A DNA stretch of 63,705 bases, filler included, from 4 parts of 4 records of this genome joined end to end with filler, not necessarily neighbours in it, one strand, 5' to 3'; positions 30,743-41,792 are shown, numbered from the whole stretch's first letter. Notes: generated by a model from the letters alone, not told the origin. Translations and numbers: made by a program.

Positions 30743-32131
30743 ATGCGCCTGACCTCTCTGATCCTGTCCCTTGCGCTGGCGACAGGCCTTCCCGCGCTGG
30801 CCCAGACCGAGGCCCCCCCGGCAGAAGAGGCGCTGACCGATCCGGTCACCACCTTCGCGCTGGAGAACGGCATGCAGGTCGTCGTGGTCGAGGATCACCG
30901 CGCCCCCGTCGTCGTCCACATGGTCTGGTACAAGGCGGGCTCCGCCGATGAGATCCCCGGCACCTCGGGCGTGGCGCATTTCCTCGAACACCTGCTGTTC
31001 AAGGGCACCGACACGCTGGAGCCGGGCGAGTTCAGCGCCACCGTGGCCCTGAACGGCGGCTCGGACAACGCCTTCACCAGCTTCGACGAGACCGCCTATC
31101 ACCAGCGCATCGCCGCCGACCGTCTTGGCCTGATGATGCAGATGGAGGCAGACCGCATGGTCAACCTGCGCCTCGACGAAGAGGATATTCTGACGGAGCG
31201 CGAGGTCATCATCGAAGAGCGCAACATGCGGGTCGAGAACGATCCCGGCTCGCTCTTCCGCGAGCAGACCATGGCGGCGCAATACCTCAACCATCCCTAC
31301 GGGCGCCCGATCATCGGCTGGCGGCACGAGATGGAGGCGCTCGACCTCGACGCCGCTCTGGAGTTCTACACCCGCAATTACGCGCCCAACAACGCGATCC
31401 TCGTGGTGGCCGGCGACGTGACCCCGGAGGAGGTGCGGACGCTGGCCGAAGAGCATTACGGCCCGATCCCGCCGAACCCCGAACTGGGCGAGCGCCAGCG
31501 CCCGCAAGAGCCGCCGCAGACCGCCGCGCGGCGCATGGTCTTCGAGGACCCGCGCGTTGCGACCCCTTACGTGACGCGCAGCTACCTTGCACCCGAACGC
31601 GACCCCGGCGCGCAGGAAGAGGCCGCCGCGCTGACCATCCTCGCCGAGGTTCTGGGTGGCGGGCAGACCTCCGTCTTCACACAGAAGCTGCAGTTCGAGC
31701 AGCAGAAGGCCGTCTATACCACGGCTTATTACGCCGGCACCTCCTATGACGACACCTCTTTCGGGCTGGTGATCGTGCCCGCTCCGGGCGTGTCGCTGGA
31801 AGAGGCCGAGGCGGCGCTGGACGCCACGATCGCGCAGTTCATGGAGGACGGCGTCGATGCCGAACAGCTCGAACGCATCAAGTTCCAGATCCGCGCCGCC
31901 GAGATCTACAACCGCGACGACCCGGCCCGCACCGCGCGCCGCTACGGGCAGGCGCTGACCGCCGGGCTGACGGTCGAGGACGTGCAGCAATGGCCTCAGG
32001 TTCTGGAAGCCGTGACCGCCGAGGACGTCATGGCCGCCGCGAAGACGGTCTTCGACCCCAAGGCCTCTGTCACCGGCTATCTGACCACCCCGACCGACGC
32101 CGGGCAGGCCCCGAAGGAGATCACCCAATGA
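30743..32131 (+). CDS. M16 peptidase, catalytic subunit
   Basis: HFLEH (HxxEH) and NAFTS motifs, signal peptide. Confidence 0.92.
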   Translation: MRLTSLILSLALATGLPALAQTEAPPAEEALTDPVTTFALENGMQVVVVEDHRAPVVVHMVWYKAGSADEIPGTSGVAHFLEHLLFKGTDTLEPGEFSATVALNGGSDNAFTSFDETAYHQRIAADRLGLMMQMEADRMVNLRLDEEDILTEREVIIEERNMRVENDPGSLFREQTMAAQYLNHPYGRPIIGWRHEMEALDLDAALEFYTRNYAPNNAILVVAGDVTPEEVRTLAEEHYGPIPPNPELGERQRPQEPPQTAARRMVFEDPRVATPYVTRSYLAPERDPGAQEEAAALTILAEVLGGGQTSVFTQKLQFEQQKAVYTTAYYAGTSYDDTSFGLVIVPAPGVSLEEAEAALDATIAQFMEDGVDAEQLERIKFQIRAAEIYNRDDPARTARRYGQALTAGLTVEDVQQWPQVLEAVTAEDVMAAAKTVFDPKASVTGYLTTPTDAGQAPKEITQ

Positions 32132-33447
32132 AGCGCCTTTTCCTTGCCCTGACCGTCACCGCCTGCTCGTTCGCCGCGACCGCATGGGCCGCCGTCGACA
32201 TTCAGGAGGTCGAAAGCCCCGGCGGGTTCAAGGCATGGCTCGTCGAGGAGCCCTCTATCCCCTTCGTCGCGCTGGAACTGCGGTTCAAGGGCGGCACCTC
32301 TCTGGACGAGCCGGGCAAGCGGGGCGCGACCTCGCTCATGGTCTCGACGCTGGAGGAGGGCGCCGCCGACATGGACGCCAGCGCCTTCGCCGCCGCGAAA
32401 GAGGGTATCGCCGCCAAGATCCGCTATGACGCGGGCGACGACGCGGTCAGCATCTCCATGAGCTTCCTGTCCGAGACCCGGGACGAGGCCGTCTCGCTTC
32501 TGCGCGCCTCGCTGGTCGAGCCGCGCTTCGACGAGCAGGCGGTGGAGCGGGTGCGCCGACAGCTTCTGTCGAACCTGCAATCCGACCTCAAGGACCCCGA
32601 CACCATCGCCAGCGAGGCCTTCGATGCGATGGTCTTTGGCGACCACCCCTATGGCACCCCCTCGGACGGCACGCCCGAAACCGTGGCCGCGCTGACCCGG
32701 GACGACCTCGTGACGGCGTTGAAGAACGCCCTGACGCAGGATCGCGTCTATGTCGCGGCGGCGGGTGACATCACCGCCGAGGATCTGGGCGCCCTGATGG
32801 ACCGCCTGCTGTCGGACCTTCCCGAAACCGGCGCGCCGATGCCCGCGGACGTCGACGTGCAGACAGAGGCCGGCGTTACCGTGATCCCCTACGACACGCC
32901 GCAGTCGGTCGCGGTTTTCGGCCACAAGGGCATGAAGCGCGACGATCCGGATTTCTTCGCCGCCTACCTGCTGAACACGATCTTCGGCGGTGGCGGCTTC
33001 GAGGCGCGGCTGATGGACGAGGTGCGCGAAAAGCGCGGCCTGACCTACGGCATCTACACCTATCTCGCACCCAAGGATCACGCAGAGCTGTTCGTGGGCC
33101 GCGTAGCCAGCGCCAACAACCGCATCGCCGAGACCATCGAGGTGATCCGCGACGAATGGGTGAAGATCGTCGAAGAGGGTGTCACCGCCGAAGAGCTGGA
33201 GCGCGCCAAGACCTATCAGACCGGCGCCTACCCGCTGCGCTTCGACGGCAACGGCCCGATCGCGCAGATTCTCGTGGGGATGCAGATGGACGACCTGACG
33301 CCCGAGTACATCAAGACCCGCAACGCCAACATAGAGGCGGTGACGCTCGACGACATTCACCGGGTCGCGCGCGCGCTCTTGAAGCCCGAGGCGCTGCATT
33401 TCACCGTCGTCGGCTCCCCCGAGGGGCTGGAGACGCCGGGGCAGTAG
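32128..33447 (+). CDS. M16 peptidase-like non-catalytic subunit
   Basis: EVREKRGLTYG motif, no HxxEH, ATGA overlap with the upstream gene. Confidence 0.9.
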   Translation: MKRLFLALTVTACSFAATAWAAVDIQEVESPGGFKAWLVEEPSIPFVALELRFKGGTSLDEPGKRGATSLMVSTLEEGAADMDASAFAAAKEGIAAKIRYDAGDDAVSISMSFLSETRDEAVSLLRASLVEPRFDEQAVERVRRQLLSNLQSDLKDPDTIASEAFDAMVFGDHPYGTPSDGTPETVAALTRDDLVTALKNALTQDRVYVAAAGDITAEDLGALMDRLLSDLPETGAPMPADVDVQTEAGVTVIPYDTPQSVAVFGHKGMKRDDPDFFAAYLLNTIFGGGGFEARLMDEVREKRGLTYGIYTYLAPKDHAELFVGRVASANNRIAETIEVIRDEWVKIVEEGVTAEELERAKTYQTGAYPLRFDGNGPIAQILVGMQMDDLTPEYIKTRNANIEAVTLDDIHRVARALLKPEALHFTVVGSPEGLETPGQ

Positions 33448-33539
33448 GGCAGGCGGCGCGAGACCCGCGCCACGCGGCCATGGAACGCTTTGCCGCGAGG
33501 CGCCGTTGACCTTCCCGAAGGTAAGGGAAGGGACGGGCC

Positions 33540-34973
33540 ATGTCACAGGACGGAACCCCGGCGCAGGCCGGCACCAAGACGAAGACCGCCAAGGGCGGCT
33601 CGGCCAGTCCGGAAGAGACGCTGAAAAGCCGGGTCGAGGCCTACGCCCGGCTTGCGGATCGCTTCGCCTCGGAGCCAGTGGTGATGCGACCGCAGAACCT
33701 GACGGGGCAGGCCCGGCGCCTGCATGTGCGCAAGACCATCATCGAGGACCATGCGGTCCGCATCGACCAGAAAGCCGAGGGCGCCGACCAGAAGTTCGAC
33801 AAGCTGGCGGAAGACCTCTTCTCCTTCTTCCGCGGCACCTCTCTGCTGTTTCACCGCGACATGGTGGGAGAGGATGAGCGGATGCCGACCGTGCTGGTGC
33901 TGGGCGACGTCCACCCCGAGAATTTCGGCGTCATGCCCAATGCGGACAACGTCCCGATCTTCGGCGTGAACGACTTCGACGATGTCATCTATGGCCCCTT
34001 CAGCTGGGATCTGAAACGCGGGGCCACCGGCTTCATGCTAGCCTCGCAAGAGGTTGGCGGGCACGGCAAGAAGACGCGCCGCAAGATCGTCGCCAAATTC
34101 GTGAAGGGCTATCACGAGGGCATGACCTTCTTCGCCAAGCACGGTGACGGCGCGATTCGCCACATGCGCCCCGACAACAGCCCCAAGGTCATCCGCAAGC
34201 TCTTCGATGCCTCCGAGGAAAGCCGCAAGGGCTGGCTCCGGACCCGTTACCTGAACGAGAACGGCCTCGGCTTTCGCGCCAACTTCGAACTGACGCCGAT
34301 CTCGACCCGGCTGGACGAGTTTCAGGGCTACATCAACCAGTTGGTCGAGGCGAACGGGTTGGACAGCAAGGGCCGAGCGGGCACGCTGAAGGTCAAGGAC
34401 GTCTGCATGCGGCACGGGCAGGGCACCGCCTCGCTGGGGTTGCCGCGCTACTACTGCCTGCTGGAAGGCCCCAGCAAGAATGCCACCGACGACCTCATCA
34501 TCGAGTTCAAGCGCGCGCGCGCCTCGGCGCTGGAGGGGCTGGTGCCCGCCAATGCCTTCGACGCGGGCGACAAGGGCGACCGGATCGCTCACGGGCAATC
34601 GGTGCATCTCGCCTCGGGTGACGTCTTTTACGGGGCCGTGGAAATCGACGGCGAAAGCTTCATGAGCCGAGAGCGGGCGCCGTTCCGCAATGGCATCGAC
34701 CTGGACGATCTGTCGAAGAAAAGCTGGAAGAAATACGCCCGCGCCTGCGGGCTGGCACTGGCGCAGGCGCACGCACGGTCCGATGATGCGGGTCAGCTGG
34801 ATTACGAGATAGAGCCGCGGATTCTAGAGGCGATGGACCCGCTGCCCCTCTTCATCGACGACATGATCTGTTTCGCGGAAGAGGCGCTGGAACGGCTCGA
34901 GCAGGATCACCGCTCTTACAGGCGGGACCTAAAGCACGGGGCCTTCGACGTGACGCTGAAGCGGTATCGCTAG
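33540..34973 (+). CDS. DUF2252 family protein (kinase-like)
   Basis: FFRGT, GDVHPENFG, NDFDD, WDLKR and LAQAHARS. Confidence 0.85.
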   Translation: MSQDGTPAQAGTKTKTAKGGSASPEETLKSRVEAYARLADRFASEPVVMRPQNLTGQARRLHVRKTIIEDHAVRIDQKAEGADQKFDKLAEDLFSFFRGTSLLFHRDMVGEDERMPTVLVLGDVHPENFGVMPNADNVPIFGVNDFDDVIYGPFSWDLKRGATGFMLASQEVGGHGKKTRRKIVAKFVKGYHEGMTFFAKHGDGAIRHMRPDNSPKVIRKLFDASEESRKGWLRTRYLNENGLGFRANFELTPISTRLDEFQGYINQLVEANGLDSKGRAGTLKVKDVCMRHGQGTASLGLPRYYCLLEGPSKNATDDLIIEFKRARASALEGLVPANAFDAGDKGDRIAHGQSVHLASGDVFYGAVEIDGESFMSRERAPFRNGIDLDDLSKKSWKKYARACGLALAQAHARSDDAGQLDYEIEPRILEAMDPLPLFIDDMICFAEEALERLEQDHRSYRRDLKHGAFDVTLKRYR

Positions 34974-35257
34974 TCGCCCGTGGACAGATACCAGCGCAGC
35001 AGGCGGTTGGAGAAGGTCCGTCCGCGGTTGACGCGGCGCACCAAAGCCGGGTGCAGGATGCGCAGGACAAGCATGTAAAGGGCGATGAACAGCGCCGCCA
35101 TGCCCAAGGCCGGCAGCAGGCGCAGCCCCGGGCCGGTATCGACCAGCGCCGCCAGCCCGAACAAGGCCAGCGACAGGACCATCGCGCCGGTGGCGATGCG
35201 CCAGCGCGTGCGAAGGGGATGCGGACCGAGAAGCGTCTTCGCGGCCCGCCCCGCCAT
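34970..35257 (-). CDS. Small two-TM membrane protein
   Basis: Its ATG overlaps the dapA stop (TGATG). Two hydrophobic helices. Confidence 0.6.
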   Translation of the reverse strand: MAGRAAKTLLGPHPLRTRWRIATGAMVLSLALFGLAALVDTGPGLRLLPALGMAALFIALYMLVLRILHPALVRRVNRGRTFSNRLLRWYLSTGD

Positions 35258-36132
35258 CAGTTCAGCAGGCCGGCGTGCCGAAGGCCGTGGTCGACCTTGG
35301 ACATGGTGTCCGGCGTCAGCGTGACCAGCGGCAGGCGCACCTCGTCGGTGCAAAGCCCCAGCCGCGACATGGCGTATTTCACGCCGCACAGGCCCGGCTC
35401 GGTGAAGATCGCCTGATGCAGCGGCATCAGCCGGTCCTGGATCGTCAGCGCGGTGCCGTAGTCGCCGTTCAGGCAGGCGGTCTGCAACTCGGAACACAGC
35501 CTCGGCGCGACGTTCGCGGTGACCGAGATGCAGCCGACGCCGCCCTGCGCGTTGAAGCCGTGCGCGGTCGCGTCCTCGCCCGAGATCTGCAGGAAGTCCG
35601 GCCCGCAGGTGATGCGCTGGCGGCAGACCCGCGCGAGGTCGGCGGTCGCATCCTTGACGCCGACGATGCGCGGCAGTTTCGCCAGTTCACCCAGCGTTTC
35701 CGGCGACATGTCCACGGCCGAGCGGCCGGGGATGTTGTAGATGATGATCGGGATCTCGGCGCAGTCGTGGACGGCGGTGAAATGCGCGATCAGCCCGGCC
35801 TGCGTCGGCCGGTTGTAATAGGGCGTCACCACCAGTGCGCCATCGGCGCCGACGCGGTGGGCGAACTGGGTGAACCGCACGGCCTCGTCGGTGTTGTTCG
35901 ACCCGGCGCCCGCGATCACCGGGATGCGCCCCGCCGCCGCCTGAACGACCGCCTCGATGACCGCCTCATGCTCCTGATGGGTCAGGGTCGGGCTTTCGCC
36001 CGTCGTGCCCACCGGCACCAGACCGTGCGATCCCTGATCGACATGCCAGTCCACGAGGCGTTTGAGCGTATCGAAGTCCACCGCGCCGTTCTTGAACGGC
36101 GTAACCAGTGCAGGCATGGATCCCTTGAACAT
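35257..36132 (-). CDS. dapA: 4-hydroxy-tetrahydrodipicolinate synthase
   Basis: ALVTPF, GTTGES, YNIPGR and GVKDA. Confidence 0.96.
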   Translation of the reverse strand: MFKGSMPALVTPFKNGAVDFDTLKRLVDWHVDQGSHGLVPVGTTGESPTLTHQEHEAVIEAVVQAAAGRIPVIAGAGSNNTDEAVRFTQFAHRVGADGALVVTPYYNRPTQAGLIAHFTAVHDCAEIPIIIYNIPGRSAVDMSPETLGELAKLPRIVGVKDATADLARVCRQRITCGPDFLQISGEDATAHGFNAQGGVGCISVTANVAPRLCSELQTACLNGDYGTALTIQDRLMPLHQAIFTEPGLCGVKYAMSRLGLCTDEVRLPLVTLTPDTMSKVDHGLRHAGLLN

Positions 36133-36268
36133 GATACGCTCCTTTTCGTGCTACTGTGCGTGCGGGGGATTCCCGCCGACCCATCGGGAAAGTGAGTTGA
36201 AGACCCGCATGGCGGCGATATCCTCCCGAGATGGCTCTATTCCTTTTCAAAGCGGAAATTGCAAGCTG

Positions 36269-38230
36269 ATGTCGCGAGTCCTTGCTGTCCTGATGCTCCT
36301 CTGTACCGGCCTCACGGCCCAGGCGCAGGAGGCCGGCGAAGCGCTGGCCCGCGCCATGCAATCCCTGCGCGAAGGCAACTGGGCGGCGGCCCAGATCGAG
36401 GCGCGCGGCGACGGCCAGACCGCCGTCGACATCATCCTCTGGCACGCGCTGCGCGCCGGGCGCGGGGACGCGGTCGAGGTGATGGATTTCCTCGACCGCA
36501 ACCCGAACTGGCCGGGTGAACCTTACCTGCGCGAGAAGTCCGAGATCGCCATGAACGAAAGCGCCACGCCCGAGCAGATCCGCGCCTTCTTCGCCGACGG
36601 GCTGCCGCAGACCGGCGCGGGCGCTCTGGCGCTGGCGCGGGCGCATATGGCCGCCGACAACGAAGGCGCGGCGCAGGCGGACATCGTGTTGGCGTGGCGC
36701 ACCCTGTCGATGTCCGACGACGAGCGCCGCGCCATGCAGGCCGCGTGGGGCGAGATACTGAAACCGCACCACGTCGCGCGCATGGACATGACGCTTTGGC
36801 AGGGCTGGACCCGGAACTCCGAATCGATGCTGCCGCTGGTGGACGAAGGCTGGAAGGCGCTGGCGCAGGCGCGGCTTGGCCTGCGCGGCTCTGCCGCCGG
36901 GGTCGACGGGTTGATCGCCAAGGTGCCCGAGGCCTTGGCCGACCACCCGGGGCTTGCCTTCGAACGGTTCCTCTGGCGCGTGCGCAAGGGCCGCGACGCA
37001 GAGGCCATCGGGCTGCTGCTGGACCGCTCGACCAGCGTCGAGTCGCTGGGGGAGCCCTGGGCCTGGGCGCCGGAACGCCTCGACCTCGCGCGCGAGCGGA
37101 TGCTGGAGGGCGCCTATGTCGAGGCCTACAACATCGCCTCGTCGCATTTTCTCGTCGAGGGCAGCGATTATGCCTCGCTGGAGTGGCTCTCGGGCTATCT
37201 CGCGCTGCGGTTCCTGAAGGACACGGACCGCGCCATCACCCATTTCGAGAACTTTCAGGACGCGGTCTGGACGCCGATCTCGGCGGGCCGCGCCGGTTAC
37301 TGGCTGGGTCGGGCGCATGAAGAGGCCGGGAACGCCGAAGAGGCGCAGAAGGCCTATGCCACGGGCGCGCAATACCAGACCTCGTTCTACGGGTTGCTTG
37401 CGGCAGAGCGGGGCGGCATCGCACCCGACGCGCGACTTGCGGGAACCGAGGTCTTTCCCGACTGGCGCGAGGCGGCCTTCACGCAAAGCAGCGTCTACAA
37501 GGCGGCGCTGCTGCTGCTGGCGGCCGGGGAACTCAGCCTTGGCGAACGCTTCCTGACGCATCTGGCCGAGGGGCTCGACCGCGAGGGCATGGGCCAGATG
37601 GGCGACATGCTGGCAGAGATGGACCGTCCGCATGTGCAGGTCATGCTGGGCAAGCGCGCGGCGCAATACGGGATCGAACTGCCGGGGCCCTATTACGCCC
37701 TGCATTCCAAGATCGTCGACACCGAGTTCCCGGTGCCGAAGGAGCTTGTGCTTTCCATCGCCCGGCGCGAATCCGAGTTCGACCCGAGCGTGATCTCGGG
37801 GGCGGGCGCGCGCGGCTTCATGCAGTTGATGCCGGGCACCGCGCAGGATGTCTCGCGCCAGCTGGGGATCGACTACAGCGCCGACCGCCTGCTGACCGAC
37901 CCGTCCTACAACGCGCGGCTGGGGTCCACCTACCTTGCCGGGCTGGCAGAGCGGTTCAACGGCAACGTGGTGATGATGTCGGCGGGCTACAACGCCGGGC
38001 CGGGGCGCCCGCTGCGCTGGATGCGAGAGCTGGGCGATCCGCGCACGGGCGAGGTGGATGTCATCGACTGGATCGAATTCGTGCCCTTCGAAGAGACCCG
38101 CAACTACATCATGCGGGTGGCGGAATCGCTGCCGGTCTACCGCGCCCGGCTGGGCAAGCCACCGCATCCGGTGCCTTTCAGCCAGGAACTCGTCGGCTCG
38201 ACCCTGCAACCCGTGCCGGTGAGCCAATAG
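36269..38230 (+). CDS. Soluble lytic transglycosylase (Slt70-like)
   Basis: RRESEF, GFMQLMPGT, YNAGPG and ETRNY. Confidence 0.92.
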   Translation: MSRVLAVLMLLCTGLTAQAQEAGEALARAMQSLREGNWAAAQIEARGDGQTAVDIILWHALRAGRGDAVEVMDFLDRNPNWPGEPYLREKSEIAMNESATPEQIRAFFADGLPQTGAGALALARAHMAADNEGAAQADIVLAWRTLSMSDDERRAMQAAWGEILKPHHVARMDMTLWQGWTRNSESMLPLVDEGWKALAQARLGLRGSAAGVDGLIAKVPEALADHPGLAFERFLWRVRKGRDAEAIGLLLDRSTSVESLGEPWAWAPERLDLARERMLEGAYVEAYNIASSHFLVEGSDYASLEWLSGYLALRFLKDTDRAITHFENFQDAVWTPISAGRAGYWLGRAHEEAGNAEEAQKAYATGAQYQTSFYGLLAAERGGIAPDARLAGTEVFPDWREAAFTQSSVYKAALLLLAAGELSLGERFLTHLAEGLDREGMGQMGDMLAEMDRPHVQVMLGKRAAQYGIELPGPYYALHSKIVDTEFPVPKELVLSIARRESEFDPSVISGAGARGFMQLMPGTAQDVSRQLGIDYSADRLLTDPSYNARLGSTYLAGLAERFNGNVVMMSAGYNAGPGRPLRWMRELGDPRTGEVDVIDWIEFVPFEETRNYIMRVAESLPVYRARLGKPPHPVPFSQELVGSTLQPVPVSQ

Positions 38231-38278
38231 CCGGTTTCCTGCAAGGAAACCGGCCCGAATTCTTTGAAAGAATTCGGG

Positions 38279-39148
38279 CTACCGCCGCGCCTGTCGCGCC
38301 CGGAACAGGGTGAACAGCCCTGCGGCGACCACGATCGCGCCACCCAGCACGACGTTCGCGCGCAGCGTCTCGTCGAAGACGGTCAGGCCGATGGCGCTGG
38401 CAAAGACAAGCTGCAGGTAGGCGAAGGGTTGCAGGGCGCTGGCCTCGGCCACTTCGTAGCAGCGGATCAGCATGTAATGGCCGAAGGCGCCGGTCAGGCA
38501 CAGCAGCGCCATCCAGCCCCAGTCCTCCGGGGCCATCGGCTCCCAGAACCAGAGGCCGATCGCGCTGGCCGCCAGCACCCCGACGGTGCCGGTGTAGAAG
38601 AAGGAGGTCGCCGCGCTGTCCGTCCGCGCCACGTAGCGGGTCAGCAAGCCGTAGAGCGCGAACATCGTCGCCGCCAGCAGCGGGATCGCCGCGAAGGGCG
38701 AGAAGACCCCGCCAGAGGGTTGCAGGATGATCACCACGCCCACGAACCCGACGCCGATCGCCGTCCAGCGCCGCCAGCCCACGCGCTCGCCCAGCACGGG
38801 GCCCGACAGCGCGGCCACCAGAAGCGGGTAGCAGGCAAAGACCGCATGGCTTTCGACCAGCCCCAGCAGCACCATGCCCACGACCATCACGTTGATCTCG
38901 ACCACCAGCAGAACGCCCCGCAGCGCCTGCACCATCGGCACGCCGCTCTGCGCCGCGGTGCGCAGCCCGCCGGCCTTGCGCGCGGCGAGGGTCAGCACGA
39001 AGGCCGCGAAGAACCAGTAGCGGATCATCACCACCATCATGGCGTTGTATTCCCCGGCGAGATGGCGCGAGAGCGCGTCCTGCACGGCGAAGACCAGCGT
39101 CGTCGCCACCATCAACCAGATGCCCAGACGGGTGTTCTGTTCGGCCAT
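38279..39148 (-). CDS. DMT/EamA transporter
   Basis: About 10 TM segments, LGERVGWRRW and PFAYLQLV. Confidence 0.9.
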   Translation of the reverse strand: MAEQNTRLGIWLMVATTLVFAVQDALSRHLAGEYNAMMVVMIRYWFFAAFVLTLAARKAGGLRTAAQSGVPMVQALRGVLLVVEINVMVVGMVLLGLVESHAVFACYPLLVAALSGPVLGERVGWRRWTAIGVGFVGVVIILQPSGGVFSPFAAIPLLAATMFALYGLLTRYVARTDSAATSFFYTGTVGVLAASAIGLWFWEPMAPEDWGWMALLCLTGAFGHYMLIRCYEVAEASALQPFAYLQLVFASAIGLTVFDETLRANVVLGGAIVVAAGLFTLFRARQARR

Positions 39149-39150
39149 GG

Positions 39151-39813
39151 TCAGGGCCTCTCCGCAAGGGTCATGTGTCTCTTGCGGCCGTAGCCCGGAA
39201 CCCGAGTGACGCGCAGGCCCGCCGCCGCGAGCGCGCGGCGCACATGGCCCGCCGCCGTATAGGTTGCCGCCGTCGCGCCCGGTGCCATGTGGTCCGCGAC
39301 CTGCGCCATCAGCGCCTCTCCCCAAAGCTCGGGGTTCCGCGCCGGAGAGAAACCGTCGAGGAACCACGCGTCCGCCTGTCCCGTCCAGAGCGGCAGGGTC
39401 TCGCGCGCATCGCCCTCGATCATCTCGAAGCGCAGATCGGGCAGGTCGAAGGCCCGCGCGCCCCTCTCCCATTGGGGCGCAAGCTCGGTGCCCAAGGCGG
39501 CCAGTTCCGGAAAGGCCGCCTGAGCGCGCAGCATCTCCGCCGCCGCCAGCGGGAAGGCCTCGAAGGTGGTGAAGTGCAGCCGCCCGCGCCGCCCGGTGTC
39601 GCGCCATGCCTTCAGCGCGGTCAGCAGGTTCAGCCCGGTGCCGAAGCCCAGTTCGGCCACGCGAAAGCCGTCACGGAACCGCCCCGGCAGGCCATTGCCC
39701 GCAAGGAAGACGTGGCGGGTCTCGCTCAGCCCATCCTCGAGCGAGAAATAGGGGTCGTCGAAACGGGTGGAGACGGGGATCTCGCCCCGCCATTCCAGCG
39801 CGGCTGGCGGCAT
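39151..39813 (-). CDS. mnmD: tRNA mnm5s2U methyltransferase MnmD
   Basis: FDDPYFS, AELGFGTGLN and WFLDGFSPARNPELW. Confidence 0.92.
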   Translation of the reverse strand: MPPAALEWRGEIPVSTRFDDPYFSLEDGLSETRHVFLAGNGLPGRFRDGFRVAELGFGTGLNLLTALKAWRDTGRRGRLHFTTFEAFPLAAAEMLRAQAAFPELAALGTELAPQWERGARAFDLPDLRFEMIEGDARETLPLWTGQADAWFLDGFSPARNPELWGEALMAQVADHMAPGATAATYTAAGHVRRALAAAGLRVTRVPGYGRKRHMTLAERP

Positions 39814-39908
39814 GGTCTGGCCCTTCTCTCCCGGGCTGCGATAAGGAGGGACCGGGGCGCGCGGCGGTGCCCCTGTGGTCGGGCGCAAACTTGCAGGAGG
39901 CGCGGGGA

Positions 39909-40937
39909 ATGACAAGCACAGAGGTGACGGTTCGCGGCGCCGGGATCTTCGGCCTTTCGGTGGCCTGGGTCTGCGCATCGCGCGGCGCGCGGGTGCGGGT
40001 CATCGACCCGTTGGGCGCGGGCGCGGGATCCTCGGGCGGGGTGGTTGGCGCGCTGGCGCCGCATGTGCCGGAGAACTGGAACGACAAGAAGGCCTTCCAG
40101 CTCGACAGCCTGCTGATGGCAGAGGGGTTCTGGCAGGGGGTCGAGGCGGCGGGCGGCGTGTCGGCGGGCTATGCGCGCACGGGGCGCCTGCAGCCCGTCG
40201 CGGACGCGACGGCACTGGCGCTCGCCCGGGCGCGGGGCGCGGGTGCGGCGGAACTTTGGCAAGGGCGCGCCGTCTGGGAGGTGATCCCGGCGGACGAGGC
40301 CGGGGCGTTCGCGCCGCCCGCTCCTTCGGGCCACGTCATCCGCGACACCCTGACCGCGCGGCTGTTCCCGCGCCGGGCCTGTGCCGCCTTGGTCGCTGCC
40401 CTCGCGGCGCGGGGCGTCACGGTCGCGCCCGAGGGAGAGGATCGGGGGGCGGTGATCTGGGCCACCGGCTGGCGCGGCCTTCTGGACCTGACGGACGCCC
40501 TGGGCCGCAAGGTCGGGGACGGCGTGAAGGGGCAGGCGGCGCTGTTGCAATTCGACGCGGGCACTGCGCCGCAGGTCTTCGTGGACGGGCTGCACGTGAT
40601 CCCCCACGCCGGCGGCACAGTGGCCATCGGCTCTACCTCGGAAAGGGAGTTCGACACGCCCGACGAGACGGATGCGCAGAGCGACGCGCTGATCGCCCGG
40701 GCGCGGGCCCTGATGCCGCAGTTGGCGGATGCGCCGGTGCTGGAGCGCTGGGCCGGTGTCCGCCCGCGGGCCCGCACTCGCGCGCCGCTGCTGGGGGCAT
40801 GGCCGGGCCGGGCCGGGCACTACGTCGCGAACGGCGGGTTCAAGATCGGGTTCGGCATGGCGCCCAAGGTGGCCGAGGTCATGGCCGACCTCGTGCTGGA
40901 CGGCCGCGACGCCATCCCCGAGGGCTTCCGCCTGTAA
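39909..40937 (+). CDS. FAD-dependent oxidoreductase (DAO family, probable MnmC oxidase partner)
   Basis: GAGIFG, WAGVRP and GGFKIGFG. Divergent from mnmD. Confidence 0.8.
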   Translation: MTSTEVTVRGAGIFGLSVAWVCASRGARVRVIDPLGAGAGSSGGVVGALAPHVPENWNDKKAFQLDSLLMAEGFWQGVEAAGGVSAGYARTGRLQPVADATALALARARGAGAAELWQGRAVWEVIPADEAGAFAPPAPSGHVIRDTLTARLFPRRACAALVAALAARGVTVAPEGEDRGAVIWATGWRGLLDLTDALGRKVGDGVKGQAALLQFDAGTAPQVFVDGLHVIPHAGGTVAIGSTSEREFDTPDETDAQSDALIARARALMPQLADAPVLERWAGVRPRARTRAPLLGAWPGRAGHYVANGGFKIGFGMAPKVAEVMADLVLDGRDAIPEGFRL

Positions 40938-41121
40938 CTGCTCCGCCTTGCCGAGGGCGCCACCGGGCCGAAGCGGGCGTGGCGGGGCCTTTTCCCGTGC
41001 CAGTACGGCAGGGACAGGACGGGCGGTGCTTCACCGCCCGAAGGCGGCAGGCTCAGGCCGGGCAGCGCGTCTCCGCGCCGGATTCCGGGGCGGCCCCGAC
41101 CGGACGGGCGGGCTCAGGCGC

Positions 41122-41604
41122 CTAGCGCGACCAGCCGTTCGACGGATCCCAGACGAGGCCGGCGCGACTCTTGCCCTCGGTCAGCCGCTCTGTCCAGGCG
41201 ATGTCGGCGCGGCCCGTGGCGCAGGCCAAGGCGGCCACCTCGGTGTCGCCCTTGCGCACGATGACCCCGCCCTCGGGTTGGGCCGTCTCGTCCATCCGGT
41301 CGACGCTGATGTAGACCGCATAATTGTAGGGGCCGTTGTAGAAGGTGACCGTCTCCCAGATCGAGCGTCCGACCCCGGGCCAAGGCTCGTAATCCAGCGT
41401 GCCGTAGGATTCCATCAGCTCCATTTCAGGCCGCCCCAGCGGGCCGAAGCGGTAGACCGCCCCCCAATCCTCGGCGCAGACCTCCAGCCACTTGCCACTG
41501 CCGTGAACCGGACAGGATACGAAGGTCGCATCGGTGCGCGAACAGGTCGCAAAGGCAGCACCCGCGGAAAGCGCAAGGGCCAGAACGGAAAGGCGGACGA
41601 TCAT
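41122..41604 (-). CDS. Secreted Cys-containing hypothetical protein
   Basis: Signal peptide, four Cys, and YRFGPLGRPE. Confidence 0.7.
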   Translation of the reverse strand: MIVRLSVLALALSAGAAFATCSRTDATFVSCPVHGSGKWLEVCAEDWGAVYRFGPLGRPEMELMESYGTLDYEPWPGVGRSIWETVTFYNGPYNYAVYISVDRMDETAQPEGGVIVRKGDTEVAALACATGRADIAWTERLTEGKSRAGLVWDPSNGWSR

Positions 41605-41792
41605 CGGTACAATCCCTGACTGAAAATGGCGCGGCAAAAGCCGCACACAGAGCCTAATCCAGTCGGGACGATCTTGTATCGGTCGTTCTTCGGCTTTCGA
41701 CGCGGCGAAGTCCCCTGCGCGTCGCTCATCGCCCGGGTCGGGATGCGCCGGACCTACAAGGATGCCGGGCCTGCAAGCGCGCCGGGCGCGGG

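Noticed and set aside
39151..40937. Split, divergent mnmD and oxidase genes
   Set aside because: Split MnmC is a known arrangement and not novel.
30653..41125. Long antisense or alternative-frame ORFs (e.g. 30653-32128, 32077-33546, 35966-38227, 39875-41125)
   Set aside because: Shadow ORFs of well-supported genes in high-GC DNA.
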